A stretch of DNA of 63,889 bases, filler included, from an uncultured Methanosarcinales archaeon (GCA_964608065.1; 5 parts of 4 records of this genome joined end to end with filler, not necessarily neighbours in it); one strand, 5' to 3'; counted from the first letter of the whole stretch, positions 50,101 through 60,541 are shown. Program-made: numbers and translations. The notes: generated by a model not told the origin, from the sequence alone.

Positions 50101-53100
50101 CATAAATGAAACATCTGCATGGTTATTAATTGACAGAATCAAAGGCATAACCTATGCAGGTCCTAATAATAATGCTGTAGTAAAAAACCCAGTTAATATT
50201 ATCATAAGAACAACAACTAAAAATTACTGCAGATACAAGGATCAAAACAATAACTGGCAGTTTATGGGGATCAACAAAGGCCAGGGAATATTCGATCCAA
50301 CTTCAGGAGAATTCAAATACGAAGCAACACTAGCTACTCTAATCAGCGGAACACACAATATAGATGTCAGTTGCCACAAAGATCATTTATTTACACAACA
50401 TTTTGATTCTATTAACTTAGCATTCACAGTAGATAACATACCCCCTACAACTACACCAACCTTTGAAACAGTAACAGGCTCTTATGTAGATTTAATAAGC
50501 ACATTCAGCAGCAGCCAACTAACAATAAGATTAGAATGCGCAGATGATCCAACAACAAACTTTGGATGCAAAGAAACAAAATACTGCTATGACTCAACAG
50601 ATTGCACACCTGACATAACACTTCCTGTAAATGGAATATTTACTATTGAAGACATCAATAATACTATCCTATGTTATTACTCTGTTGATAAGGGAGGTAA
50701 TGAAGAGCAGACAACATGCATTAGCCTTACTGTTGACAGCACACCTCCTGGAATCAGCCTTTATTTAGAAGGAAGCCAGACTACTGGATCAGATAATATC
50801 ATAATATCTTATGAACCCAAACCCATTATTGTAGTAGATGCAACAGAAACAATAACTATAGTTGAAAAACATCTGAGCAGCGGAAGCAGCGGAACTCCAG
50901 AACTTGAACAGATAGATAACATAGAAAATAAAATATTAAAACTTCAGCCAAAAGAAAACCTTGAAAAAGGAACATACACTGCAACTATAAAAGTTGTAGA
51001 CGGCATTGCAGGAATAGGCAACGAAAAAACCGCAACATTAACCTTCAGAGTAGAACCATCACCAATAGACATCACTTATATTGAACCAAAACACGGAGTT
51101 TCCTCCAAAGATACATTTAATCTCACACTTCTGATAAAACAGCAAAACGAATGCAGATACACAATAAATCCTGATGGCTATGGTTATGTTTTTCATACTA
51201 TGATTCCATTAAACAAAAGTGAAACTAACTTAGAGATATATTACAAACAAAATTTCAATGAAATAACTAACAATGATTACCGTACTCTTTACATAGCCTG
51301 CAACAACAGCTTAGGAGAAATACAAAGAGGCTTCAAATATCTGCGAGTTGACAAACTAAAGCCAAGCTTCGATAAATTGGAAGCAGTACCGCACACAATA
51401 TCTGACGAGCCAGTAGAAACAACACTTGTAGTAGATACAAATAAAGAAACAATTTGTAAATATAGCACTACTCCAAAAGATTATGAAGCTATGGAAGGAA
51501 AACTAAGCGGTTATGATAATAATGATTTTAATATATCTCACAGAAAACCTCTTGAGTTTTCAACAGCTAAGCAGGACTACAAATATTATGTAATATGCGA
51601 AGCAATGAATGGATTAAAAACAGATGGAGGAGAAGTAACAATAAAAGTTGACTTAACACTTCCTTTGGCAATAACTGACCAGACCTCTGATTACTTCAGC
51701 CAGGGTTCTGTTGACCTAGAGATTTATACCAATAAGTGGTCCCAATGCAGCTATGGAACAAGTTCCAGCAATATAACTTTATTCTATACAGATGAAGGCT
51801 CAATGAACAAGAACCACAAACAGACATTATCATTAAATGAAGGATCTTATAAATATTATATCAAATGTGTTAAAGGCTCAGAAACAGCCACTAAAGAAAT
51901 AGAATTCTCAATAGACACATCCCCTCCAGACATGCTTTATGTAAGAGAAATTGGAACTGCAGATTATCCTGATAAATCACCTTACAAGAACAGATTAAAA
52001 GGAGAATGGAAAGCAGAAGACAACCAAAGCGGAATAGATTATTACAATGTACTTCTTTACTTAGATAAATATAGTGAAGACGAACTTATTGATTCATTCA
52101 CAACATCAGATACAAATGGAGAAGTCACAGGACTCGAGCTTAATGATTCTGAAGAATATTATTTTGAAGTAAGTGCTGTTAATAAAGTTGGATTATGGAG
52201 CGACAACGAAACAGGAGACGGCATCATAATAGACACAAGCCTATCAACATTAGATTGCAATAATAGGGAAAAAGATAATGATGAAACAGACATAGACTGC
52301 GGAGGCTCATGCTCAAAAGGATGCCCTGATAATTCAAGCTGCAAAGAGAATTCTGACTGTAAAAACGGATTCTGTCATAACGATATTTGCAAAGAATCTA
52401 CATGTTATGATGGCTTAAAAGGCCCAAAAGAATCAGACAAGGATTGTGGAGGAACATGCAGCAAAAAATGTGAGGTGGATGAAAAATGCGGAGATGACGA
52501 CGACTGTAAATCAGGAAGCTGCGATATAAGCAAAGGAATTTGTACAGAAGGAGGCAAATGTTATAATAATAAATTAGATCCAGGAGAGACTGATGAAGAC
52601 TGTGGAGGCATTTGTTTAGTTAAATGTGATAATAGTGATACTTGTGAAGAAGCTTATGATTGCGAAAGCAATAATTGTATAGAGAACATCTGTGTTTCTG
52701 CAAACAAATGCAGCAATAACAAACTAGACCCAGGAGAAACAGACATAGACTGCGGAGGCTCATGCAGCCAATGTAGAAATGGAAGATCTTGCTTGACAGA
52801 TGATGACTGCTCATCAGGAAACTGCAACCTAGACATATGTGAAGAACAGCTTGATGATACAGACAATGATGGTTTGAGTGATACATGGGAAGATAGATAT
52901 AATGAAGGAGATCTTGATTCAGAATTATATGATACTGATGGAAACGAAAAATCTGATGGAGAAGAAGACTTTGATAAAGACGGATTAATAAACACAGTTG
53001 AAGAAAAATATAGGACAGACCCTCACAAAAGAGACACAGATGGAGACGGCTATACAGACAAAGAAGAAATAGACAAAGGAACAGACCCTCTGGATAAAGA

Positions 53101-53992
53101 TGATTATCCAGAATCTGATATGCTATTCATACTATTCTTATTAGTTGCTTTAATTTTACTGGGTGTTGGAGGCTACTTTGGATATAGAAAATATAAAGAT
53201 ATGAAAGAAAGCAAGATAGAGCTTCCACCAATAAAAGAAGAGCAAATCTTACCAAAACCAAAACCTCTTGCAGGAAAACCAGAACAAAAAACCACTACAA
53301 AGAAAACATTCCCTCCAAGAACAAGAACAGAATTAGATAAAAAAATAGAAGAAAAAAGAAAGAAAAGAGAAAAACTGCTTAGCAAATTCGGTTTTGGAGA
53401 AACCCTGATAAAAAAAGAATTTGAGGTAAAAGAAGAAGAAAAACCGACAGAAACATTTGAAGAAGGGCCTAAGATTGGTTGGGTTGAATTAAAAACTCCT
53501 GGAAGAACCAAAACAATATCATCTGAAAAAACAATTTTTGAAAAACTACCTAAACTAAAACCAGGTGAAGATGTATTTATAGCATTATCAAAAATGATAG
53601 GAGCAGAAATCAAACAAGAAACAATAACAGAATTCAAAGATGTAGCTCAAAAAAAGAAACTAACAAAAGAAGAGCTCCTAACAATAATAAACAAATTCTC
53701 TAAACAGAAAAAGATAGATGAAGAATCGTTACACAACGTATTGGCTTCAATACTTGAAGAGAAAAAAAACATCCCTAAAAAAGAAAATAAAGCAAAACTA
53801 CCAACAATTATTAAGAAAGAGGTTAAAACAATACCTGTAGTTTCAACACAAACTGCAAACATTTATCATAAAAAAGGATGTATAACTATAAAGAAAAAAA
53901 AAAATCTTAAAACTTATAAAAGCAAAAAAGAAGCACAAGACAAAAAACTAAAACCTTGCAGTGTCTGTTTCCCAACTAAAGGAAGAAAATGA
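47150..53992 (+). CDS. Giant membrane-anchored surface protein (2280 aa)
   Basis: Signal peptide; carboxypeptidase-regulatory-like repeats; Fn3/Ig modules (D.TPP); four E(T/S)DxDCGG Cys repeats; DTDxDG Ca-binding repeats; TM helix; cytoplasmic tail ending YH..GC...PCSVC. Confidence 0.88.
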   Translation: MGKRSKKIILALFTLVLTILIASVVNAVCCTEPGDNYCQETDQATCADSYESVSCDSLQSICTDVGCCKATCESYVTRAYCNIADAFVADKDCSDESITECQKGCCVQIDSDNTPHDCYDEQDHKGIYEKDCVADPLYANKIFYPGEFGNNCTDLCEAGTLQKGTIKGFVYYGIPKQSADDAKVIIGGDLKNWIYNDKNTGFEFTEQSYGSHSITAYYAGYKPKTENIVLSQAILEIEIHLTETTDKGHVSGLVREKNTGKLIKNAVVSYSNGQDSTDDDAFFFIENIDEGPITLTATATGYNSESKPITITAGELTTTNFDLTPATTEETGWLTGYVKDTTSGDYLNDVVIDVFKDNIIEGTGISETDFTIPPKKGFYQILELPEGTLKVRASKQGYYSSADIPIQINKNTGTSLEDIELEPLPAECLADLPSPYLELSNIKGTKSIKIKWNQKCIQELGVTDYKLYRNNILIKTFKEEDKIYEYEDDGSSIGKLRWDTTYTYKLIALASNQQSIAIRTINTGNKFCENKLDEEFCLDNNLGNIIPLTVRAKCNNQNILSVVEGCADEQICRQLNDLTYCIDPDDCQNLGIDYNQGYFPNILGMFYYSAYAEITCLQNQNNQPRFCYMDYYKAAGPFTTVDRCLNCKQDGNCFDYQSKQACQQDNCGYSDCEWYNNYAFAPLGRGFCYEKSYTGTDYCSLCSSNNNLFSNVYCTKELCSKLGSCFATGDSCESCTQDSTCELYTTREACVGNSQGFEAEICNPDEEFKYSKDTCGLKRCKWLNNQCIKDGNDDNIADCKENDILCQIDTTPPTTFISSKPEAIISEETEIRFITDGTSTYYCIDEFNCCPDKIVNNNNLVLPNEDFLLKDIKANHTLYFYSIDTYNNTETIQKEIIYVNTKKPKFTFTTLVEDNTESDTTSDLTVTLNVEDKYYCEDDLSFGYGNTVDSKISQDVATDLSVTYSALKDGYYYYTVTCRDELGNINETSAWLLIDRIKGITYAGPNNNAVVKNPVNIIIRTTTKNYCRYKDQNNNWQFMGINKGQGIFDPTSGEFKYEATLATLISGTHNIDVSCHKDHLFTQHFDSINLAFTVDNIPPTTTPTFETVTGSYVDLISTFSSSQLTIRLECADDPTTNFGCKETKYCYDSTDCTPDITLPVNGIFTIEDINNTILCYYSVDKGGNEEQTTCISLTVDSTPPGISLYLEGSQTTGSDNIIISYEPKPIIVVDATETITIVEKHLSSGSSGTPELEQIDNIENKILKLQPKENLEKGTYTATIKVVDGIAGIGNEKTATLTFRVEPSPIDITYIEPKHGVSSKDTFNLTLLIKQQNECRYTINPDGYGYVFHTMIPLNKSETNLEIYYKQNFNEITNNDYRTLYIACNNSLGEIQRGFKYLRVDKLKPSFDKLEAVPHTISDEPVETTLVVDTNKETICKYSTTPKDYEAMEGKLSGYDNNDFNISHRKPLEFSTAKQDYKYYVICEAMNGLKTDGGEVTIKVDLTLPLAITDQTSDYFSQGSVDLEIYTNKWSQCSYGTSSSNITLFYTDEGSMNKNHKQTLSLNEGSYKYYIKCVKGSETATKEIEFSIDTSPPDMLYVREIGTADYPDKSPYKNRLKGEWKAEDNQSGIDYYNVLLYLDKYSEDELIDSFTTSDTNGEVTGLELNDSEEYYFEVSAVNKVGLWSDNETGDGIIIDTSLSTLDCNNREKDNDETDIDCGGSCSKGCPDNSSCKENSDCKNGFCHNDICKESTCYDGLKGPKESDKDCGGTCSKKCEVDEKCGDDDDCKSGSCDISKGICTEGGKCYNNKLDPGETDEDCGGICLVKCDNSDTCEEAYDCESNNCIENICVSANKCSNNKLDPGETDIDCGGSCSQCRNGRSCLTDDDCSSGNCNLDICEEQLDDTDNDGLSDTWEDRYNEGDLDSELYDTDGNEKSDGEEDFDKDGLINTVEEKYRTDPHKRDTDGDGYTDKEEIDKGTDPLDKDDYPESDMLFILFLLVALILLGVGGYFGYRKYKDMKESKIELPPIKEEQILPKPKPLAGKPEQKTTTKKTFPPRTRTELDKKIEEKRKKREKLLSKFGFGETLIKKEFEVKEEEKPTETFEEGPKIGWVELKTPGRTKTISSEKTIFEKLPKLKPGEDVFIALSKMIGAEIKQETITEFKDVAQKKKLTKEELLTIINKFSKQKKIDEESLHNVLASILEEKKNIPKKENKAKLPTIIKKEVKTIPVVSTQTANIYHKKGCITIKKKKNLKTYKSKKEAQDKKLKPCSVCFPTKGRK

Positions 53993-54477
53993 GTTCTAGA
54001 AAAAGCCAAATTATAGGACAAGTTTTTATATACATTTTAGCAATAATTATCTTTTCAGGAATATTGCTTTACGGGTATAAAATAATAAAAGGTTTTAGCA
54101 ATAAAGCAGATGACGTTACATTCATTCAGCTGACCACAGATCTTAAAACATCTGTAAAAAAAATAAAATCAGATTATGGGACTGTAATAAAGAAAGAACT
54201 CAGGATTCCAGGAAAATACAGTACTATTTGTTTTATTGATCTAGACTATCTTGCAGAGATTTCGTTACAAGATGAACATCCTGCAGTATACAACAGCTGG
54301 AAGGACAAGACAAAAGAGAACATGTTTCTAATAACAGCTACAGAAGACATACAGCCTTATCATATAGAGGGAATAAAGATTTCAAGCAAATATAATTGTA
54401 TGGCTGTTAACCAAGGAAAAATACTATTGAGATTAGAGGGTAAAGGTGAATATGTGGAACTATCAGAATGGGAATAA
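53989..54477 (+). CDS. Pilin-like protein (class III signal)
   Basis: RKS|QIIGQVFIYILAIII. Confidence 0.8.
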   Translation: MSSRKSQIIGQVFIYILAIIIFSGILLYGYKIIKGFSNKADDVTFIQLTTDLKTSVKKIKSDYGTVIKKELRIPGKYSTICFIDLDYLAEISLQDEHPAVYNSWKDKTKENMFLITATEDIQPYHIEGIKISSKYNCMAVNQGKILLRLEGKGEYVELSEWE

Positions 54478-55613
54478 GAAAAATAAAAATAAAAAAGAAA
54501 AGAGGTGCTATAGAAGTACAATTTAACTGGGTCTTTATTTTGATAATTGGAGCCATTATTCTTTTATTTTTTTTCTCTGTTGTGAAAACACAGAAAAAAA
54601 TCTCTGAAACAAAAATATCAAGCAGTGTGAGAAGAGATATAACATCAATATTTACAGGGGCAAGTATAAGTACCAACACTTTCTCTTTGATTGAAATCCC
54701 AAAAACAGAAATAATATATGACTGTGAAGGCTATTCAATACAAAAAACAAATCCTATTAAACAACTAGTAAGTTTTTCTCCAGATACAATATATAGCTCC
54801 CAACTAATGCTATGGGCACTTCCTTGGAACATAGGCTACAGAGTTACTAACTTCTTATACATAACATCTCCTAATATAAGATATGTCATGGTTTATAAGG
54901 ATAATAAGCCAGACCAGCACATGTTTGTGGATATACTCAATGAAACCTTGCCATCAAAATATATTGAAGAAGACGAAGACAGGAAAATCTTAATGAATAA
55001 GGAGAAAGCAGTAACAGATGGTAATAAAATAACAGACTTACAAGACAACGATTTTGAAGATAAAAACAACCCTAAAGTAAGATTCATATTCTTTGATGAA
55101 AACCCAATACCTATAGATATTGATGTATTAGAAGGAATGGATAATTATGATGTAACTGCGGTCCAGATAATCCCTGATAACAGCTGTGGAGACGAATTAG
55201 ACTGTTTTGGAGAAGTAATCTTCTACAAAAAAACAAACAACAACAAGTTCGAATTCTATAATCAGAATAGACCCTCAAGCAATTCTTACTACATAGGATT
55301 ACCCAGCTTAATAGGTGCAGCATTTGGTGATTTAGAAACTTATGAATGCAATATGGAAAACGCGTTTCAAAGACTACAGTTAGTAACTCAAGTCTACTTA
55401 AACAAAACTAAGACACTAAAACAATATTATACAGATAATCTTAACTATCCTTGCATCACTATAATGGGTGAAGTAGAAACAGTTCTGCAGAGCATCTTAA
55501 GTTATTCTGATAGTTTCAATGAAGATAATATAGAAGATATTTATGATGGAATAACTAGTTTAGAAGACCTGAATGACAGGGCTATAAGGCTATCATGCTC
55601 TGAAATTTATTAA
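54468..55613 (+). CDS. Pilin-like protein (class III signal)
   Basis: KKRG|AIEVQFNWVFILIIGAIILLFF. Confidence 0.8.
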   Translation: MGIRKIKIKKKRGAIEVQFNWVFILIIGAIILLFFFSVVKTQKKISETKISSSVRRDITSIFTGASISTNTFSLIEIPKTEIIYDCEGYSIQKTNPIKQLVSFSPDTIYSSQLMLWALPWNIGYRVTNFLYITSPNIRYVMVYKDNKPDQHMFVDILNETLPSKYIEEDEDRKILMNKEKAVTDGNKITDLQDNDFEDKNNPKVRFIFFDENPIPIDIDVLEGMDNYDVTAVQIIPDNSCGDELDCFGEVIFYKKTNNNKFEFYNQNRPSSNSYYIGLPSLIGAAFGDLETYECNMENAFQRLQLVTQVYLNKTKTLKQYYTDNLNYPCITIMGEVETVLQSILSYSDSFNEDNIEDIYDGITSLEDLNDRAIRLSCSEIY

Positions 55614-55618
55614 ATAAA

Positions 55619-56134
55619 ATGAGAAAAAGAAAATCACAGATGGAAATAATGGGTTTGGTAATAATAGTTATTCTCATAACATTAGGGATGTTTTTTGTTG
55701 TAAGATTCAGCATAACAAAACAACCATCTGAGCTAAAAAAATCATATACTCAGACTGAAACAGCAGCAAACATACTAAATAGCATGCTAAAAACAACATC
55801 AGAAGATTGTATTGGAATGACAACAACACAGCTGCTGCAGGACTGTGCTGTTAATTATGAAATAGAAAACAACCAGGTAAAATGTGGAGATGGGCAATAC
55901 TCCTGTGATTATGCAAAAGATATTATTGACACGATTTTTACTGAAACACTTGTTGAATGGGGCAATCAAAATTATAATTTAAAAGCAACAATTAATTCCG
56001 AAATAATCCTTCGTTGCAATAACGAAGAAGGATGTTATGCAGAAGAAGATGCATGCCAGGGGGAAAGAGAAGCCAAACAACAACCAATTCCAACAAAAGT
56101 AGGAACATTAATATTAACCTTAGAGGTATGTTAA
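55619..56134 (+). CDS. Pilin-like protein (class III signal)
   Basis: KRKS|QMEIMGLVIIVILI. Confidence 0.8.
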   Translation: MRKRKSQMEIMGLVIIVILITLGMFFVVRFSITKQPSELKKSYTQTETAANILNSMLKTTSEDCIGMTTTQLLQDCAVNYEIENNQVKCGDGQYSCDYAKDIIDTIFTETLVEWGNQNYNLKATINSEIILRCNNEEGCYAEEDACQGEREAKQQPIPTKVGTLILTLEVC

Positions 56135-56614
56135 ATGAGGAAAAGAAAAAGCCAGATAGGGATGACTGAAACCATTGCAATACTTTTCATATTCTTTATT
56201 TTGCTGGCATTTGGGTTTATGTTTTATTTGCGTGTATTCAGAACATCTGTAAAAACACAAATTGAAAAAAATACAGACCTCACTTCAATAGAAATCACTC
56301 AAAAAGCGTCTTTTTTACCAGAACTTCAATGCTCAACAAAAAACATAATAACTGACAACTGCATAGATATACTTAAATTAGACCCTGCAAAATATACTAT
56401 CAATGAAAACAAGCAGATTTATTATGATTTGTTTTTTGGCAGTGAGATAGTAATCGAAGAAATATACCCCAAGAAAAAAAAATGGGTTTTATACAACAAC
56501 ACCATTGAAGATACATCTGCCATATTCACACCAGTACCTATCCTGTTATATAACTCTACGTCAGATGAAAACTACTTTGGTGTTTTAAAAATCAAATATT
56601 TCCCAGTAAACTAA
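56135..56614 (+). CDS. Pilin-like protein (class III signal)
   Basis: KRKS|QIGMTETIAILFIFFILL. Confidence 0.8.
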   Translation: MRKRKSQIGMTETIAILFIFFILLAFGFMFYLRVFRTSVKTQIEKNTDLTSIEITQKASFLPELQCSTKNIITDNCIDILKLDPAKYTINENKQIYYDLFFGSEIVIEEIYPKKKKWVLYNNTIEDTSAIFTPVPILLYNSTSDENYFGVLKIKYFPVN

Positions 56615-56692
56615 ATAACTTAAAACCATAGAAAGTTTTAAATAGGGATTAACTAATAAATGATATAAGATAAAAAAAAAGAGGCGTTTATA

Positions 56693-57239
<547 letters not shown>

Positions 57240-57278
57240 CCAAAAAACTTAAATATCCATTAATTTCTTTAATTTAAT

Positions 57279-57533
57279 ATGATAAAACCAAGGAAAGCAC
57301 AAGGACTTTCTTTAACAACTATAATAATAGCAATATTAGTCATAATAGTCATGGTTGTTCTTATCATGATCTTCACAGGCAGGATGAACCTTTTCGGAAA
57401 AGCAATAGATGCTTGTGAAGGAGATTGTGTTGTATTATCTCGCGATTGCCCAGAAGGAACCTCAATGCCAATACCTATGGACTGCAATAAAGACAGAGAA
57501 GGTATAGAATACTGCTGTAAACCTGTTTCTTAA
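57279..57533 (+). CDS. Small type IV pilin (copy 3)
   Basis: RKA|QGLSLTTIIIAILVIIVMVVLIMIFTGRM plus Cys domain. Confidence 0.82.
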   Translation: MIKPRKAQGLSLTTIIIAILVIIVMVVLIMIFTGRMNLFGKAIDACEGDCVVLSRDCPEGTSMPIPMDCNKDREGIEYCCKPVS

Positions 57534-57572
57534 ATCGAAAGACTTAAATATTTAAATCCTTAATATTAGGAT

Positions 57573-57707
57573 ATGTTTCGTAAACTAAAAAAAAGAGGAG
57601 CGCCAGTTCTCAAAACATTAATTGTAACAATCATAGTCATGTTATGTATTTTGATTCTCTTTATTTTACTTTTTTATAAAGTCCCCCAAGCAATCTTATT
57701 TTCATAA
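57573..57707 (+). CDS. Minimal pilin-like peptide (44 aa, not in ORF track)
   Basis: MFRKLKKRG|APVLKTLIVTIIVMLCILILFILLF. Confidence 0.65.
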   Translation: MFRKLKKRGAPVLKTLIVTIIVMLCILILFILLFYKVPQAILFS

Positions 57708-57708
57708 A

Positions 57709-58758
57709 ATGCAAAGAAAATCAAAAATTTTCGTGGATTTGAAAACTTTGTTTTCAAACAATAAAAAAAGCCAATTACAAACTTACTTAAAAGCAATAAT
57801 CATTGGCTTAGTTTTTCTTATAGTTTTCCTTTTTTTTCTGAATAGCTTCAAGAATTTCACAGAAACAAGATCAACAGAAGACATCTGTAAAGTATCTGTT
57901 GAAACAATGTCTGCTCAAAATATTGATTTAGGACCTTTAAACACAATAGAACAAATTGAATATCTTTTTGGCTCTAAAACAAAAAAAGCATCTGATATTA
58001 AATGTCCAACTATATACAAAACAATAGACAAAAAAGAAGATAAGGAAATAATGCACGAATTAGCAGAAAACATGAGAAAATGCTGGAACACATTTGGAGA
58101 AGGAAGAAAAAAATTATTTGAATTCAAAAAAGGAGATGAACGTTATTGTATAATCTGCCATCATTTAGATTTTAAAAAAGAAACAACAATTAGTGGCACA
58201 GAATTTCTTAAATATCTAAAAGAAACAAAAATACCAAAGATACACACACAAGGAGATGATATAACTTATTTTAAATATCTGCAAAGATACAGAACAAATG
58301 AAGATATTTTTGATGAAAACAAAATCCCTCAGGATTATAACATACAGACTGAATTACCTTATTCAACAGTATTTGTATATACAAAAAGAGGTAATTGGGG
58401 TAAAATAATGGGCACAGCATTTGGTGCAACCATTGGCCTAAGTGCTTCTACAGGTGGAGTTTTATTTGCACAAATCTCTACTACTGCAGGCATTATTGGA
58501 GGCCTTGCAACTGGAGGAGCTGGTGGTGGCTTAATTAAGATAGCTGGAAGTTCTATAAAAGACATTACAGGAAGAGTAGCACCCATTGTAGTTCTTGGAA
58601 TTGTAATATTAGGAACAGCAGCAGGAGGAGCAACAGGAGCAGCAACAGGCGCAGACACAACAAATAATTGGGACTCAGCTATTGTTTTAATACCATATGA
58701 ATCGATAAATTTAAAACAATTGAATTGCACCTATTTACCTGCAATACAAACAGAGTGA
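57709..58758 (+). CDS. Pilin-like protein with internal glycine-zipper region
   Basis: NKKS|QLQTYLKAIIIGLVFLIV; LAENMRKCW..FG...C.IC; Gly/Ala-rich GxxxG segment. Confidence 0.8.
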   Translation: MQRKSKIFVDLKTLFSNNKKSQLQTYLKAIIIGLVFLIVFLFFLNSFKNFTETRSTEDICKVSVETMSAQNIDLGPLNTIEQIEYLFGSKTKKASDIKCPTIYKTIDKKEDKEIMHELAENMRKCWNTFGEGRKKLFEFKKGDERYCIICHHLDFKKETTISGTEFLKYLKETKIPKIHTQGDDITYFKYLQRYRTNEDIFDENKIPQDYNIQTELPYSTVFVYTKRGNWGKIMGTAFGATIGLSASTGGVLFAQISTTAGIIGGLATGGAGGGLIKIAGSSIKDITGRVAPIVVLGIVILGTAAGGATGAATGADTTNNWDSAIVLIPYESINLKQLNCTYLPAIQTE

Positions 58759-58764
58759 TAAAAC

Positions 58765-58902
58765 ATGATAAAAAACAAAAAAGCACAAGAAGTATCTTTC
58801 ATTGTTAAGTTAATATTAACCATAGCAATTATACTTTTTGTACTATGGCTTATTTGGAAAATATCTCCTAATTTAGGTGATAAAATATTTGGTTGGATTT
58901 AA
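58765..58902 (+). CDS. Minimal pilin-like peptide (45 aa, not in ORF track)
   Basis: MIKNKKA|QEVSFIVKLILTIAIILFVLWLIW; stop abuts the next ATG. Confidence 0.7.
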   Translation: MIKNKKAQEVSFIVKLILTIAIILFVLWLIWKISPNLGDKIFGWI

Positions 58903-59325
58903 ATGATAAATAATAAAAGAGGCCAGCTTTGGACAAAATTATATAAGGTTATAATTGGAATTGCTTTGCTTGTGGTAATATTACTAGTTTTTTATACTCC
59001 TTTAGAAGGCATGGTTAAGGACACCATACAAGTTACTAGTCCAGAACCAGATTGTGGAATGAGAACCGGTAGCCTTAGTTTAGGAATAACATCTCCAGAA
59101 AACGGAAAAACATATTCTCCAGATAATGAAATAGAATTTATAGCTAATCCTGAAGAATATTGCACTATTGATTCATATGAGTGGGAATTAGATAAAAAGA
59201 CAATAGGAAGAGAACAATCTTTTAAGAAAAAAATAGATAAAAAAGGAACACACTCAATAATCCTCAAGATCAACTATAACAATGGAAACACAGAGGAATG
59301 GAAAGCGGAAATAATAATAAATTAA
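58903..59325 (+). CDS. Pilin-like protein with PKD/Ig domain
   Basis: NKRG|QLWTKLYKVIIG; ITSPENG...SYEW...GTHSIILKI. Confidence 0.8.
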   Translation: MINNKRGQLWTKLYKVIIGIALLVVILLVFYTPLEGMVKDTIQVTSPEPDCGMRTGSLSLGITSPENGKTYSPDNEIEFIANPEEYCTIDSYEWELDKKTIGREQSFKKKIDKKGTHSIILKINYNNGNTEEWKAEIIIN

Positions 59326-59349
59326 AATAATCATAAAAAGGTGTTTAAT

Positions 59350-59787
59350 ATGAAAAAAATGAATAAAAAAGGCCAACCAATGTTAACATGGGTTATGAAA
59401 GCAGCACTAATATTAGCTTTATTAGCAGTAGGATTTTTTTTTATTAATAAATTTATCCTTAAACCAAGTGATACATTCAGCAAAACAAATCTAATGGCTC
59501 AACAAAACTTATGTGAATTTGATGGAAAAAGGCTTAAGAATTATGTTGATTTAGATAAAGACAAAATACCAGATATTTGTGATATTTGTGTTGGAGGAAA
59601 TAATTATGAGGATGATGATGTAGACGGAATGCCTAATGCATGCGATCCAGATGATAGAAACGAACCAGATAAAAAAACAAAAATGAAAGATTTATGTACT
59701 GATTCTGGAGGTGTGTGGGACGAGCAATCAAAGAAACCAAGATGTTTCACTAGTAATGAACTCTATGAGGGATATTACTCAGGCTAA
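59350..59787 (+). CDS. Pilin-like protein with thrombospondin type 3-like Ca-binding motifs
   Basis: NKKG|QPMLTWVMKAALIL; DLDKDKIPDICD, DDDVDGMPNACD. Confidence 0.8.
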   Translation: MKKMNKKGQPMLTWVMKAALILALLAVGFFFINKFILKPSDTFSKTNLMAQQNLCEFDGKRLKNYVDLDKDKIPDICDICVGGNNYEDDDVDGMPNACDPDDRNEPDKKTKMKDLCTDSGGVWDEQSKKPRCFTSNELYEGYYSG

Positions 59788-59796
59788 TTTTCTAAA

Positions 59797-60540
59797 ATGA
59801 AAAAAAAGAAAAAAAGAGGAACATTATCTATGTTACAAATTTTAATTATAGGTTTAGTTGTAGCAATAGTCCTGTTTTCTGCCCAATATGGTTGGACTAA
59901 AACTATGAATAAAGCATTAGATATTGAAGGTTGTAGAGCTAGTGTTGTAAAACATTCAGAAAAAATAGCAGTACCAGTTTTGCCTGATATAGATTATGGT
60001 AAACAAGTTAAATTAGATTGTTCTAGGCATTATATCACTTTCTATGATGACCATGTTCAGCTTATGATAGAAGGCAAAGAGCACGAATATAAAGTTTCAA
60101 CAGAAGATGGAGAATCAAGGTTTTATGATAAATTAACAGAAAATATAGTTAATCAGGTTGTTGCAGAAGAAGCGCGCTGGTGTTTGTATAAATTAGGAGA
60201 ATACAATATTCCAATAAGACATATAAAAAATTGTATATTCTGCGCACAATTTAAGTTTGAGGAAGAAGTTGAAAAAGACAAATTTACTGGAATGTATGAT
60301 TACTTAAAAAATAATGATATGCCTATAGGAAAATCAAGAAAACAGACAGAATCAACTGAAAAGTATCTTACATATTTCTCAAAAACTCTAAAAAATGGAG
60401 AAAACACATTAAAAATAAATCCTAACTTAGTCTTTGAAAGGGGCAAAGCATACATCACATTTTATGAAATAGATGGAAATGATTACTATTTACATATTGG
60501 AGAAATTTCAGATATAGAGGATTGTATGTGGTATAACTAA
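59797..60540 (+). CDS. Pilin-like protein (class III signal), related to the 57709 protein
   Basis: KKRG|TLSMLQILIIG; CRASV, VAEEARWC..KLG...CIFC. Confidence 0.78.
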   Translation: MKKKKKRGTLSMLQILIIGLVVAIVLFSAQYGWTKTMNKALDIEGCRASVVKHSEKIAVPVLPDIDYGKQVKLDCSRHYITFYDDHVQLMIEGKEHEYKVSTEDGESRFYDKLTENIVNQVVAEEARWCLYKLGEYNIPIRHIKNCIFCAQFKFEEEVEKDKFTGMYDYLKNNDMPIGKSRKQTESTEKYLTYFSKTLKNGENTLKINPNLVFERGKAYITFYEIDGNDYYLHIGEISDIEDCMWYN

Positions 60541-60541
60541 T

